From Balanoglossus misakiensis (taxonomy: Eukaryota; Animalia; Hemichordata), in contig CM082578.2 in the NCBI GenBank assembly GCA_040954595.2, positions 17,183,703 through 17,247,702 of the forward strand: a DNA stretch of 64,000 nt, read 5' to 3'. Numbering within the stretch: the stretch's first letter is position 1; each line of letters starts with the position of its first letter. This document shows, piece by piece, positions 40,812-53,000 of this stretch. Below the pieces are notes generated by a model that was not told where the DNA came from, ran no database searches, and worked only from the letters and a program-made list of their open reading frames with translations. The translations under genes and the position numbers were made by a program.

Positions 40812-43800
40812 CTTCTTGGCTTTAATACTTATCTTTACTTGTAGAACTACAATGTATTTTTATTATCTTCAGATTGTTCACTTTGTATCAGGAAATACTT
40901 GAATTATAAAAGCAATTGTCCAACTTGCAATACACCAGTGTTGGAACCTGAGTTAAGAAACAACAAAGCATTGGATAAAATGGTGCAGAATTTTTCTTCT
41001 ATCAGGTAATTAATTGAATACTAGTTATATTAGTATTTCATTGTTGACATTATGAGTTTAACATGCAGCTACAGCAAGACTTGCTGTCACTAATGAAATG
41101 CTGGCATTGATTACTCTTAGGAGAAGTATGTGTATGGTACTTCTGTATGGTTGTTGGGGTTTCATGAATTACTGATGGGTCTTCAAACCTTACAGGAAAA
41201 AACTGGTGAATATTTTGATGCAGTCAGGTAAATCTAAAAACACAGTGGAAGGAAGCACACTAGCAACCACCAGTGGTGAGCCGCCCCCTCTACAAGCTAC
41301 AGAACCTGTCCCATCCACCAGTTCAGCTTCAAATGAAGGCGTTGCCAAAAGAAAAGCCAAGGATATGGAAGGAGTATGCTGCACCAACACTGTCCCTATC
41401 GAAAACTCCTTCAGGAAGGTCAAGAGCCCCACAAAGACAGTAAAACCCCTGAAGAACTTCCTCCAAAGATCACCTGAAGGTGTTCAACCAGGACCGTCAG
41501 ACACTGCAAGTATTGATGTCCCAGCAGAGATGATATCTTCTACTCTAAGTGTAGCAGCTGCACAAAGAAGTATTTTGAAAGGTAGGTCATCTGTGGTGAA
41601 CTTTTTATCACACAAAAAAGCATACTTTAAATTTGTTGTAACACCCTCAATTTTGTGTTTATTTCATCATTTAGTATATTTTAAAGTAACAGAAATACAT
41701 TGACTTTTGCCTGTGGGTTTATTTCTGCTGGCTTATGATATAAATTGACATTGTACATTTCGACATTGGTAATTAAACTTGTACATGTATTTGATTGTAT
41801 CATCTTGACTGACAGCTGACTGCCCTGTATGTGGTGTGAGTGTTCCCCAACAGAACATCAACACTCATTTGGATCATTGTCTTTCTGGCAATGAAAAGAA
41901 GGAAGCTCTCAGAAGGTACGTTGTGATGTGGTTGTGGGTTGCTGACAATGACTAATCATGATTCGCCATCTTCTGTAAATAATAACACTTACCATGATTT
42001 TCTTACAATCGTACAAGGCAGTCTCACAGGAGATCAGTTTCTAAAGTAACTTGTTATGGTAGATTCCAATTTCTTCTGGAAAGCCTGCATGAAAAAAATT
42101 CAACAAAAAGTAATAATGGTATGTTCTGTCATTCCAGTTCTAAGAGAAAACCACTGCCCAAACTAGTTTATATTCTCATGTCAGACAAGGATCTCAGGAA
42201 GAAACTGAAAGAGTACAATTTATCTGTGCAAGGAAACAGACAGGTAAGAACTGCTATGGAAAATACTTGTTGTTGTTATTGTTGTTGTTAGGGACAACTG
42301 GTCAACATGTACCAAATCCTGTACAAGGAAATATTATATTCCATCACCTTGACAATTGACATTTTGATATTTATTCACCATTCATTACAGGCTCTCATTA
42401 AAAGAATACAGGAATACACACTTCTGTACAATTCACAATGTGATTCTGATGACCCCAAACCAGGTAAATATTGCATTGATTTACTAATAACCAGATTTTG
42501 ACTTTGAATACATTGGTAATATTTCTTGGTAAGTTTGTAAGCAATGGAATCATGATGGTCTAATGGTAACAGACAGTTTTACTCTGCGGAGATATAATGG
42601 TGGTACCTTACTTTATGAAGACTATTGCAAATAATGATTGACAAACTATTCTACATTGTACAGTTGCAGAAATTGTGAGAGAAGTGGAAAAAGCAGAGAA
42701 GACCAGATCACAACTAGCGAACGCCAGTAAGCAATCTGTAAGTTATACCGGTAGTCATAATAGCAGTTTCATAATTTTCATCAAACAACATTCATGATGC
42801 TAAAGGTATGGTTCAACCTGAAGACCTCTGCCTTGTATCCATCTAACTTGTATCCATCTTGTCAATTGTAGTTTCTCAAGAAAACCTGTTTTCGTGTTTC
42901 TCTGCCTTGCTGCAACCAGAGAGTTGCCTTTGACTTCTAATCATGGGTAGTTAATTTTTGATTTCAGAAATTGGTCTTTGAAAAAGGTGAATCTGAAGAA
43001 AACATGGAGAAGAAAAAACAAGAATATGGTATTAAGATCTGTTTTCTCGGAATGGGTAGTTGGGTATAGGAAGTCAATATTTTGATGGAAATATATCTGT
43101 AGAAGCAGGCTTATACAATATGGATTTAAAATCTGTTGTTGATATATACCAGTACATGTCAATTGAATTGCAAATGGTGTGAAGATAGCAGTAAGAAAAA
43201 TGTGCCGTCATTGATGACGAACCATTTTCTTTTCTTTCTCAAGCCAAGGAACACGGCAGTCAATTTCAGCAACTCATCGAAGACATCAAGAGGAGAAGAA
43301 ACAAAAAGAAATCCCAGAAAATAGAGACTGTAACCCAGGAAAGTGAGATGCCCTCGCCTCCTGCATCTCACAGAGAGGCTTTGCAAGCAGACTCTACAGC
43401 TGTGGAGCCAGTGGCGTCAACATCGCAGGAAGAACCGCAGGACCCAGAATCAGTGGCTGTCATGGAAACTGATCAAGTGATGCCATCTCAGGACAGTGCT
43501 TTGGAGGAAGTTGTCACGGAAACAGACCATTCGGTGCTGAACACAATCAGTGATTCAGGAATTGATGTTCAGACAACTCGTTCAACATGGTCAAGGTCAA
43601 GTGGAAATCTTGACCTAGATGCCGCAACAGCAGAAATGACACCAGCTGTTCAGACGAGTGATGTCACTCATCTGAACTCGGGATTAATGAACTTTGCCGA
43701 CAGTGACTCAGATTTTTCAACCAGTGCATTTCCACTCACTGGCTCTGTGTCCAAATCCAAGGGGAAAACTTCAACGAGGGGTAAGAAGAGAAGAAAGCTT

Positions 43801-45021
43801 CTCAAACCAGAAGAAAAGCTCAAGCACCCTGAGAAGGTTGAGAGCAGTGAATTTCAAGTTCAGTCAACAGATGTGGCAAGTACAGAACAAGCAGATGAGA
43901 CAGGTTTTCAACAAACACATGTGGAAGGTACATGTACCTTGCATTTTCTAAATCTTACAGACTGACTCATGATTATTACATGTAAATATGAATCAAATAT
44001 GTATAAACAACAAAAGGAAAATGTGTAACCAAATATTTTCTACATTCTTACGCAGATCGTGTTGGCAACAACATGGATAATGATTCAAGAGAAAGCACTC
44101 CATCACCAAGTATATTTGGTATGTACCAAGACTGGATTTATTCAACAGTTTTTGGAATCTGCATATGTTAGTAATTGTATCTGGTGTGGCATACCCCAAC
44201 TGATATGATAAAATGAGGTACCCATCATGAAACAGAGAAAATGTTGGCAAAGCAAGATATATGTATACTGTGAGGTGGTGTTTGTGTGGTCAGGCAACTG
44301 TGGCTGGTAAATTTATCTCATTCATAGTTTGATAACGTCTGCTTTCAACCCCTGTACTTGTAGGATGCATTCTAAAATAATGTGTGTTTTTTTTTTGTCA
44401 TTTTCAGAGAATACAACACAGCTGTCTTCACACTCCTCTAGTCCAATATTTGGAGGACCGGCTGAAGATGTTGCCAGATGCTCTCCATCCCTGACACCAT
44501 CACTTGGCTTTGGTCTTATGGAGGTAAGAAACTGACCTTTCAAGTTTTCCATAATGACCGCTTTACTTGACACTCTATGCAGTAAATTTACGTTGGTCAG
44601 GTCCATTTCTTGACATGAAATGCAATTTGCCAGTCTCGCATTTGCTGATGTTGTTTCCCATCTTTCGTTTCAGACAACCAGTGAGCAAAGCAGCTGTTCA
44701 GATTTTATACAAGATGTCCAAATGGACAGTGTAAACACACCAAATAGGTAATGATACTATATACATGTTTGTTGGTGTGGATCAAAGGTTGCTATGTATG
44801 TAAGAACCACAGGCTGATTTTTGAATTAATATACCAATTTGACAAGCTGCATGTTTTTTTCTCTCTCCCTCCACTGCAGTGTGGTGGAAGAAACACCACC
44901 CAGAAGAGTCCTTCGTAAAAGGAAGAATGAGCAAAGCACGAGAGCTGGCAGCGAGGACCCAACATCCAGCAATGAGTTTGAAAACACCAAAAGAAAACGC
45001 AGGAAAGCCACAAGAAAATGA
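40198..45021 (+). CDS. RAD18: E3 ubiquitin-protein ligase RAD18 (~715 aa)
   Basis: Exons 40198-40251, 40560-40641, 40873-41005, 41196-41581, 41816-41915, 42138-42243, 42391-42463, 42664-42737, 42968-43028, 43244-43927, 44056-44118, 44408-44523, 44674-44747, 44880-45021 (2148 nt). RING CNIC..CSHNYCSLCIRKYL..CPTC, UBZ4 CPVC..INTHLDHC, SAP (KRKPLPKLVY..DLRKKLKEY), LYNSQCD, Rad6-binding-like HGSQFQQLI, basic C-terminal NLS. Confidence 0.95.
40776..40807. repeat. (CA)n microsatellite in RAD18 intron 2
   Basis: Tandem CA run of ~30 bp. Confidence 0.9.
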
Positions 45022-45929
45022 GGCATTTCCAAGGCCTGCAGATTTCTCAAATCCAAATGTAACTGAAATTCCCCGTAAAATATTAATATTTACCATTAAA
45101 TAATTTCTTTTGTGAACCCTACACTGCCTTGCCACTAGGGTCATAAAAAGGGCAATTACCAGTTTTACCATTCTGAGTGAGGTTTGACATTCTCAACAAA
45201 CTGAAATTTGCACAAAGTTCGAGACACAAGCTGCAACCAGCATGTATTGTTTACACTGAAGTCTGGATTTTAATGAAATGGATTGTGGTAAACTACCATG
45301 CCACCACAGATCACAACCATATATTACAGTAGATTGTTTTCTTTGTGCAAAGAACAAGCTGTGCTTATTTTAGACTTCCATGCGAGGTACTCTTTATGAA
45401 AGCTTGCATTACATGTATATTATTATTACAAACACTGAAATAAAAAAAGAAAGTTGTAGAATCCAGTATGTCATTACTCTGCTCAACATTGTTGGCCCTA
45501 ATCCCATACCATTTTATTTTTTTGAAGTCAACATGTATTGTCCATTGGTGTCCTTATAATACAGGTTACAGTTACAGGAGATTTCAACACTTGGATCTTT
45601 ACAAATGTTCTGCAACTTGTGACTTGTGATCTGCTGCAGTATTCATGGCAAATACATGTATATTGTTCCATTGAAACAAACTGCATGCTGTTTCTTTCAC
45701 AAAAACTTGCATAGTGCTGTGAGTGACAGACTCCCTGACAGTCTCTGATTTCAACTGAAAATGCTGCCGGTCATGTACACACGTTCCTGAAACCCAGAAC
45801 TGTTGATCAATGTTTCTGAAAATCCAACAATACTTGAGAGCTTTTCAGTGGAAACTTGTCAATATTCCCGATGTGCAGACAGAGGCATTTATGAAAGTCT
45901 AGTCTGTATCTTCCATCCATGTTTGGACA

Positions 45930-48493
45930 CTAGAGGGCTTCGTACTCCACACACCTTGATGGGTCTGTTGGAAAATGTTTCTGGCATATTGTCATGAGTC
46001 TTTTCAATCCCTGAAATGAAATAACAAACATACATCTGTAATCATGTTGTCTCTAGCAAATATGAAATGATCCTCACGAAAAGCTTCCACTTCCTGGCTC
46101 AAGATATCCAACACAAACTGAACAATAACACTTGCCTGTATGTATTTCCTCTGGGTTTCATCATTGAGTACATGAGCAATCTGCTGGGAAAAGATTTTCT
46201 CTCTTCCAGTACGTGCGTGAATACCAACCATAGTGACACCAATGGGCCACGGAGCATTGCCTATGGCCATTTGAAGGTAATAATCACTGGCCTGCAACAT
46301 AACAGACAACATGAAGAAGTCTTGCCTAAAAGTGAAACCTTGCTAGCAATTGCCAAAAACCATAAAGCATACAATTGACCATCAAAAGGAAGTTAATCAC
46401 AGTTACATCACATCAGATGATCTTCAAATGTTCACATCAACCATAAATAGTTTCAGTCAAATATAATTGGAGTACCGGTAAGTTGTTCACATGTTCCAGT
46501 GCAATCTCTTAGGGTTTCAGCTTTAGATCCACACCCATGCAACATTAGCAGATTTAGCAGAAGAAATTGGGTTAAACTCACCTTGACATAGTCTCTATCC
46601 AGTAAATTCCTGACAATATGGATGAGGAATTCCAAGATTTCTGGAGAAACCCTCTGTGAGAAATGACAACATACAGTGTGTTACCAATATGATGGAATAC
46701 TCCAACTGATTCAACTTCATAATAATAATACAAACAGTGAAAAAAACAACCAAAATATACATTTTGAAGATCTACTCAGTGGATACCATAATTTGAATGT
46801 GAGTTACCAGCTTTGCAGAATGAGCACTCTTCCATTTAAAGACAAGAAGGCATCAAAAAACAATCCAATTGGTCAACTCACCCGTCTTTTCAGTTTCCTC
46901 AGCAGTGGTTTGACATAACTGACTGTTTGAGAATGTGTCGCTGCCGCTAGTCTACCTTGTACACTTCTCTTCAACTCTTGAGGCCGACTGTTTAAACTTT
47001 TTCCCCACACTTGAAGGAGGAACTATAATAAGAAAAGAATTCCCATGAGATATCAAGTTTCTTCTATTGCCCAAGGCATACATGTACATGTAAATCATGG
47101 ATCTGTCTAACCGTCAAATGTTATTGATTTAGCAGTCCTATTTACAGACAATCACATTTTCAAATGCACTAAGAATCTTAATCCTAGTATGTAAAAACGT
47201 GTGTGTACCTGTATGTATGGGGGTATGTATATTTCATCATGAATTTTATGCAGAAAAGTCACTACCTTTAAATACACAAGTATAACTTCACTGTCAAGTT
47301 CAGCATCTCCTTTGCCAAAGTCGGTTGCCATGGTTTGGATGTCTTCCAGGGACTTTCCATCATCTATCACTTTGACGTCTCCTTTCTTGCTGTCATCTTC
47401 ACCGCCGTGTGTCTTCATCACCTCACTCAGATAGTCCTGATCAACCTGGTCCATGGCAGCTTTGAAGTCGTTTCTCATACCCTACACATTATGTCAGGCA
47501 AACATATTAAGAGCATCAGTGGGCAAGACAGCAATACAGAAAATTTACATACAAGAATAATGCAAGGAAATTTGCAAAATCTAAAAGAAATTGACCAAAG
47601 AGTGTAATGAGCATTGGACCATAAATAAAGGTTTCAATAACATCTGTGATAGAGTAAACACCTTACCAGATTTATTTCTGGTTCCTGAATTTCCAGTATC
47701 CTCAATCTCTGGAATGCTTCAGTGTCTGATTCACCAAACAATCTTATCGGTTGTCCTCTTTCCCTCAGTCTTCTGACAACCTGTAGTTAATTACATGTAG
47801 TAGAAATGTTGAGAGAGTGAAATTCAAGGCTGGATTGTGCGTTCTTTGATGAGTAAGAACACAGAGGTAAATAAAGTTGTGGACTGGTTTTACTAACTAC
47901 TTGATTGCTATTTACATCACTGGAATCAAAGATGCACAACTATAAGGAGATACAGACAACCCACCTCTTCTCTTGAAAGCGTCAAGATTGAATCTTCTGA
48001 AGATGATGATGTGTAATTTATCTTCTCATCCTTGTCTTTCTTGGCATCTGGTGACACTTGCTTGCATTGGAAATGGAAAAAAAGTGCATTAATTAAGACT
48101 TCTACAGCAGTTCAATGATTTTGCTACATACAATACATAAGCTGCTTTATATGTTTCATCCCACTCACAAGTATCTGCATTATAACTTACTTTGTAGTGT
48201 TTTTTCCTGTATTCTTCTTCCTGCTTTGCCATCAGTTCACCGCGCTTGAAGTATTTTTTTCCATCTCCCTACAAAGATATATTAACATGGAGACAGAGAC
48301 ATTATAACAGTTGCACTTTATTTGGCAAGATCTGTTGGTACACAATCAATGACGACATCGAGCTGAAGCTGTCACGGTACACACAATTTATACAGCACCA
48401 GCGAGGTTTATAATAACCGCATTTTCTTACCGTCAATTCATTCTTCTCAAGCTGTTTCTTTTTTCTGGCAATTTCCGCTTTCAAAAAGTCCAT
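45930..48493 (-). CDS. PRPF18: Pre-mRNA-splicing factor 18 (~338 aa)
   Basis: Exons 48493-48431, 48268-48191, 48060-47965, 47780-47667, 47481-47266, 47022-46882, 46653-46582, 46291-46136, 46010-45930 (1017 nt). [101 protein letters not shown]. Confidence 0.97.
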
Positions 48494-50000
48494 CTTCTTG
48501 GATAATCTTCTGATCGTATGTTGTGTACACAGTCAGAAACGCAAACCTGCATCTGTTTGTTTATGTATCATTCCTCCACTGGAATAATAATTTTGACATT
48601 TACAGTCTGTGTCCTCGTCACTAACAGTCGTATGCTCTGCGTGGCCGCAGAGCTAGTTATAAACCACCTTTACTGAATCCGGCAGATGGTCTTTTCTGAA
48701 CTTACGCAATAAAAATGTAATTTTTAGGAGACTTTTTGGTTTTAGCGGTAATAATATTGATTATGGAACAAATAAATGTACTACACCGTACACGAATCCA
48801 CAATCTACAAACTGCGTATATTTAACAAATGAAAGTTGACGTAAGGTAAGCCAACTGAAGTGTATAAATATTGCTATAAATTCGTAAGAAATCGATCATT
48901 CACATGTTTAGAAATGTGTAGACCTAAACTGCAGAAATTCGGTGGTGAAAACCCGCGACCCATGCGTGGTCGCAGACAGTATACTGTATGTGTAGAGAGA
49001 GACCTGCCAGTGCAGTGCAGTGCAGTGTCACATCACAGTGCAGTGGCGTATGAACACTGTACAACGAACCCAGCCTCACGTGTATCCTGGAGTTACTCGT
49101 GCGTGCTGCAGATGCTTTCTTTCTTGTCTGTGTTTGTTTGTTGGTTCGTTTGTTTGCTTGTTTATTCAAATGTTGCTTGTATACATATTAATGAGGGCGC
49201 ATGGGCAGATCGCAGCTGCTATTTTGTATAACAATACACATTGTTATGTTAATGTTTTCCGGGGAGGGCTACTTCTTGGAAAATTCTTTTCTGATCTAAA
49301 AGTGTGCAGCAGGTTTTAGAAGCACACATAATATAGGCATTCTGATAAAATTAAACTTTTAAAAGAGAAGCTCTGGCACATGAGGAAGCAATGACATTTA
49401 CACCACCACCACCACCACCACCATCATTTGTGTATTTCCATACCAGTGTCACAAAGCAATAAAGATTGTGTATTTTAATTTACTGGTGAAATCCTTTCTA
49501 TATACTTGTAGTTCTGACATGCTGCCAAATATTCCCCATTTTCTCATTTACGAAATTGCAAATCTCAATATTTCTACCCTACTTTATGTACGTATCTGCA
49601 TTTCTTTGGTTGATGATGAAACCATCCAAAAACTACATAGTTTCTATAAATTTGCTAATCCCAGGTGTTGAAACAAGTTTTGTCTGATCTTACAATTTCA
49701 ATTTGACCATAATGGTTACTACATGTATTTATGAGCTTTTGCTGACCATGCAATCACAATTATGAAACTAGATCAACACACGGTTACTAGAAGAAGTAAC
49801 CGTGATCAACATGAAAGATTTACTCATGGATAGGGTGTATTCAATAATGCTTTATTTCCATCAAAGTCCAATGTGTCACTTTTGTCAATTACCCCTCTAC
49901 AAAACACAGCACTGGAGATGACAATATTTCCTGGAAGATGACATGACAGACAACCATCAACCCAAACCTCCCTGAAGATTCCTCTCAATCGAGTGATGTG

Positions 50001-53000
50001 ATGGTTGTGTGGTGGTCATCATGCCTACCCATCATATGTTGGTTTGTGGGTGCAGTTAGCTTTCCACTGTTGTCATCAGAATCACAGAAACAGAGTGTCA
50101 CTGTTTCGTCGTACAATCTTTGGAATGTGATGTTCAATTGGGATGTTAGGAAGTACAGAATAGCAGAAATGGTACGTGTAAGTCCATACTGGGCTGTTTA
50201 TACCTGCTTATGATACTTGGAAGAATAAGTCATCATGTCTTGTGATTGTGGTTTAATTTTTACCCGCCGTGTATTCAAGGAAGTGACATTATTCCATTTC
50301 CCATTTCCATAACCAACGACTCTTCAAAGGAATATGACTGGCCCATCCCTCGATTACCCTGTATGTATAGTTTTGGGACCTCAGGGCAAATAAACTTTTT
50401 ACAGAAAAGTATATGTTACTGATCAACTACAGAAAGTCACCTTTTCGACTATTGCATTGCAGATCAGAGAGACCAATCCTGATATAATAGGGTTCCAAGA
50501 AGTAAGAGCTGATCGGAGTCCCGGTGAGAGAAACCAGCTGTCGGATTTACAGGAACTTTTGCCTTATCATAGATGGAAGGTCTACTTACCAGTACAGGAT
50601 GTCAAATCACACAACTCGAAGAGTGTACATGGACTAGGATGGGAAATAGAAGGTTTGTATTTTGCTGTCTCTAAATGCAAGGTTGAATGCAACCAGGTAC
50701 TACAGTTATAAGTGGGTGTTGATATTTTAAAATGCTGACTCAGCAGGGCTACCTCAGTGGCAACCACAGAGTTCAGTGTTGCTGCATGGAAGTATAGCGC
50801 CACCATGAGGCCAAATGTGAGATTTAAATGTGTATACATTTGTACATGTATGTACATTCCATTGCATTCCCATGAGATTGATAAAACAAGAACTTTAAAA
50901 GACATCTCCTTAAAGTCTCTGCAAAGATAAGCTGATGAATTCCAGACACTACTAATACACACGTGTAGGGTCACAATAACTGATATCGCACGATTTTAAG
51001 TGAAGTTGGTAACTTCTCAACCATGATTAAACTCGATGATTGACTTAATTCTTTCCCTGTTCATTTCACATTGTGTACTTTGATAGTCTGCCTTGTTATT
51101 TGTCAACGGGCGAACGTGATTTATGGCACGGATATGTTCCAAACAGTGACGAAGCAAAACTGACATTTAAAACTTCTGTTCTACCTCATTGTTGTATTCA
51201 AAATTTGGAAAATAAAATACCCGTTTTAAAATCACATTGCACTACACATTTGACACACAGTTTCTTTCTTCCCTAGGTCTGGGTCTGTTGAGTCGACACC
51301 CTATATTAAACCACACCAGACAAGACCTGGCTGTGAGTTTGTCTCCAGATAAAAACAAACGAAAAGTGTTGCACGCTACCATCAAGATGCCAAGTGCACA
51401 TGTCGGCTCTGTGCATGTCAGCGTAGTACACCTATCTTATGACAAGAAACAACAGTGCAATAACATAGCTGAGATTGCTAAGTATGTGGACGGTAGGTTC
51501 AGAATATTTCATTTCGAGACAGTTGGGTGCTTTTTATGGAGACCGTCACAGTGTTTCATTGTTGGTTGCAGAATTTTGTTTGAACCCCTGAAGCATGATG
51601 ACATGCCCAGTGTTAAGCTTTATCTATCTGTCTTTTAGTCTGAATTGTTTTTGTGGAAAATTGAACTCAAGTGTGTACTAGTTCATTTGTCAAACAGTGG
51701 TCAAGACAAGACTATGTTGACAAGGAGAATACTGGGTGTTTTAACATGATAAACATTGCATCTGAAAAATAGCTGAAAATTCCAGCTAATGTCCCTTTAA
51801 CTGAGTTTGAAATTCCCATTATAAGCCTCAGACAGAGCCACATGTCAGAAGAACATGGGCATTAGGACGAGTACTGGGCTTCTGTTTGTACTCATCAGTT
51901 TCTGTAATTCAATCGAAAACGGCTCACTAGGATATTGCCCTGCATGATTCCCTTCCAAAATTGCATGAATCTAAATTTGACAAGAAGTGAAAGTCCGACC
52001 AGAGAAGTTACCGTATATTCTTTCCAATGCAATATACCATAAATTGTGTTTTTGTTTTGGATTATTTTCTGACTAATCCCGTGAAGGGTTCCCCTGTGTT
52101 TTTAAGGGGAATATAATGACACCATTAGTACCCTGTTAGTATGCACCTTGAAAATCAAAGTCTTAAACTTATTCTCATATTTTACTCGAGGCAACATTAT
52201 ATTAGTCTCATTTTACATTTGGAATAAAAATTAGGGGTCACCGTGCAGAATTGTGATGAGAAAGCAAAATTGTCCCAAATGTAACATTCAAAATGACTAC
52301 CAATTACTGTGTTAACTCTATGGGGAAACATTAAAGTATTTATTTGCATGAAAACATGATGGCAAACACCATAATGCTTTCTTCTTTGTTTTCAAAGAGA
52401 CTCCTCACAAACTTAAATGTATCAAAGAATTGAAAGCTTCTGGAGGACTATCATTTTTATGAAAATCTGTCTTTGAGGCACGTACCTCTTTAATGCTCTC
52501 TGGGAAATGTACATGTAGTGGTCTACTGCTTTCATGATATGCTGTCAGCATTTGCGTCAAGTCAATTGGGTGGCTGGGACTTGTGGTAATGGCCAAAAAC
52601 CAGAGCAGCACACAGCTACCCTGGTTCATTTCCAGGCCCTCAAATTTCTGATCTAGTAAGGTTGAAGGGGTTTTCCAGTCAAGAAAATTGAATCCTTTAT
52701 TGCCGCTGAAACAATAACCCCCTTACAGAAATATGATTCTTGGCAGCAAATAAGAGCATGTTGGCATAACAATTCCATTAAAATCTGTAATGAGATCGTT
52801 GGTCCTCGAACCCTGGGGGTTTACAGTAAATACTGTGAAATGGAAGCTTTTTGGGGTAAGATTTCAGCTGCTTCATATGCAGACTTTAAATGATGTGGTA
52901 AGTTATGGAAAGGTTGCAGGAAACAGAGGAATAAAGCACGTTATTACCATGACGATTTCAGTGCATGGTTTCCACGGTTTCCATGGTCACTTCCATTATC

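Noticed and set aside
51865-51900. Minus-strand CTGATGAG plus hairpin resembling a hammerhead core
   Set aside because: No GAAA follows the stem and stems I and III cannot be formed. It is a simple hairpin inside the candidate nested exon.
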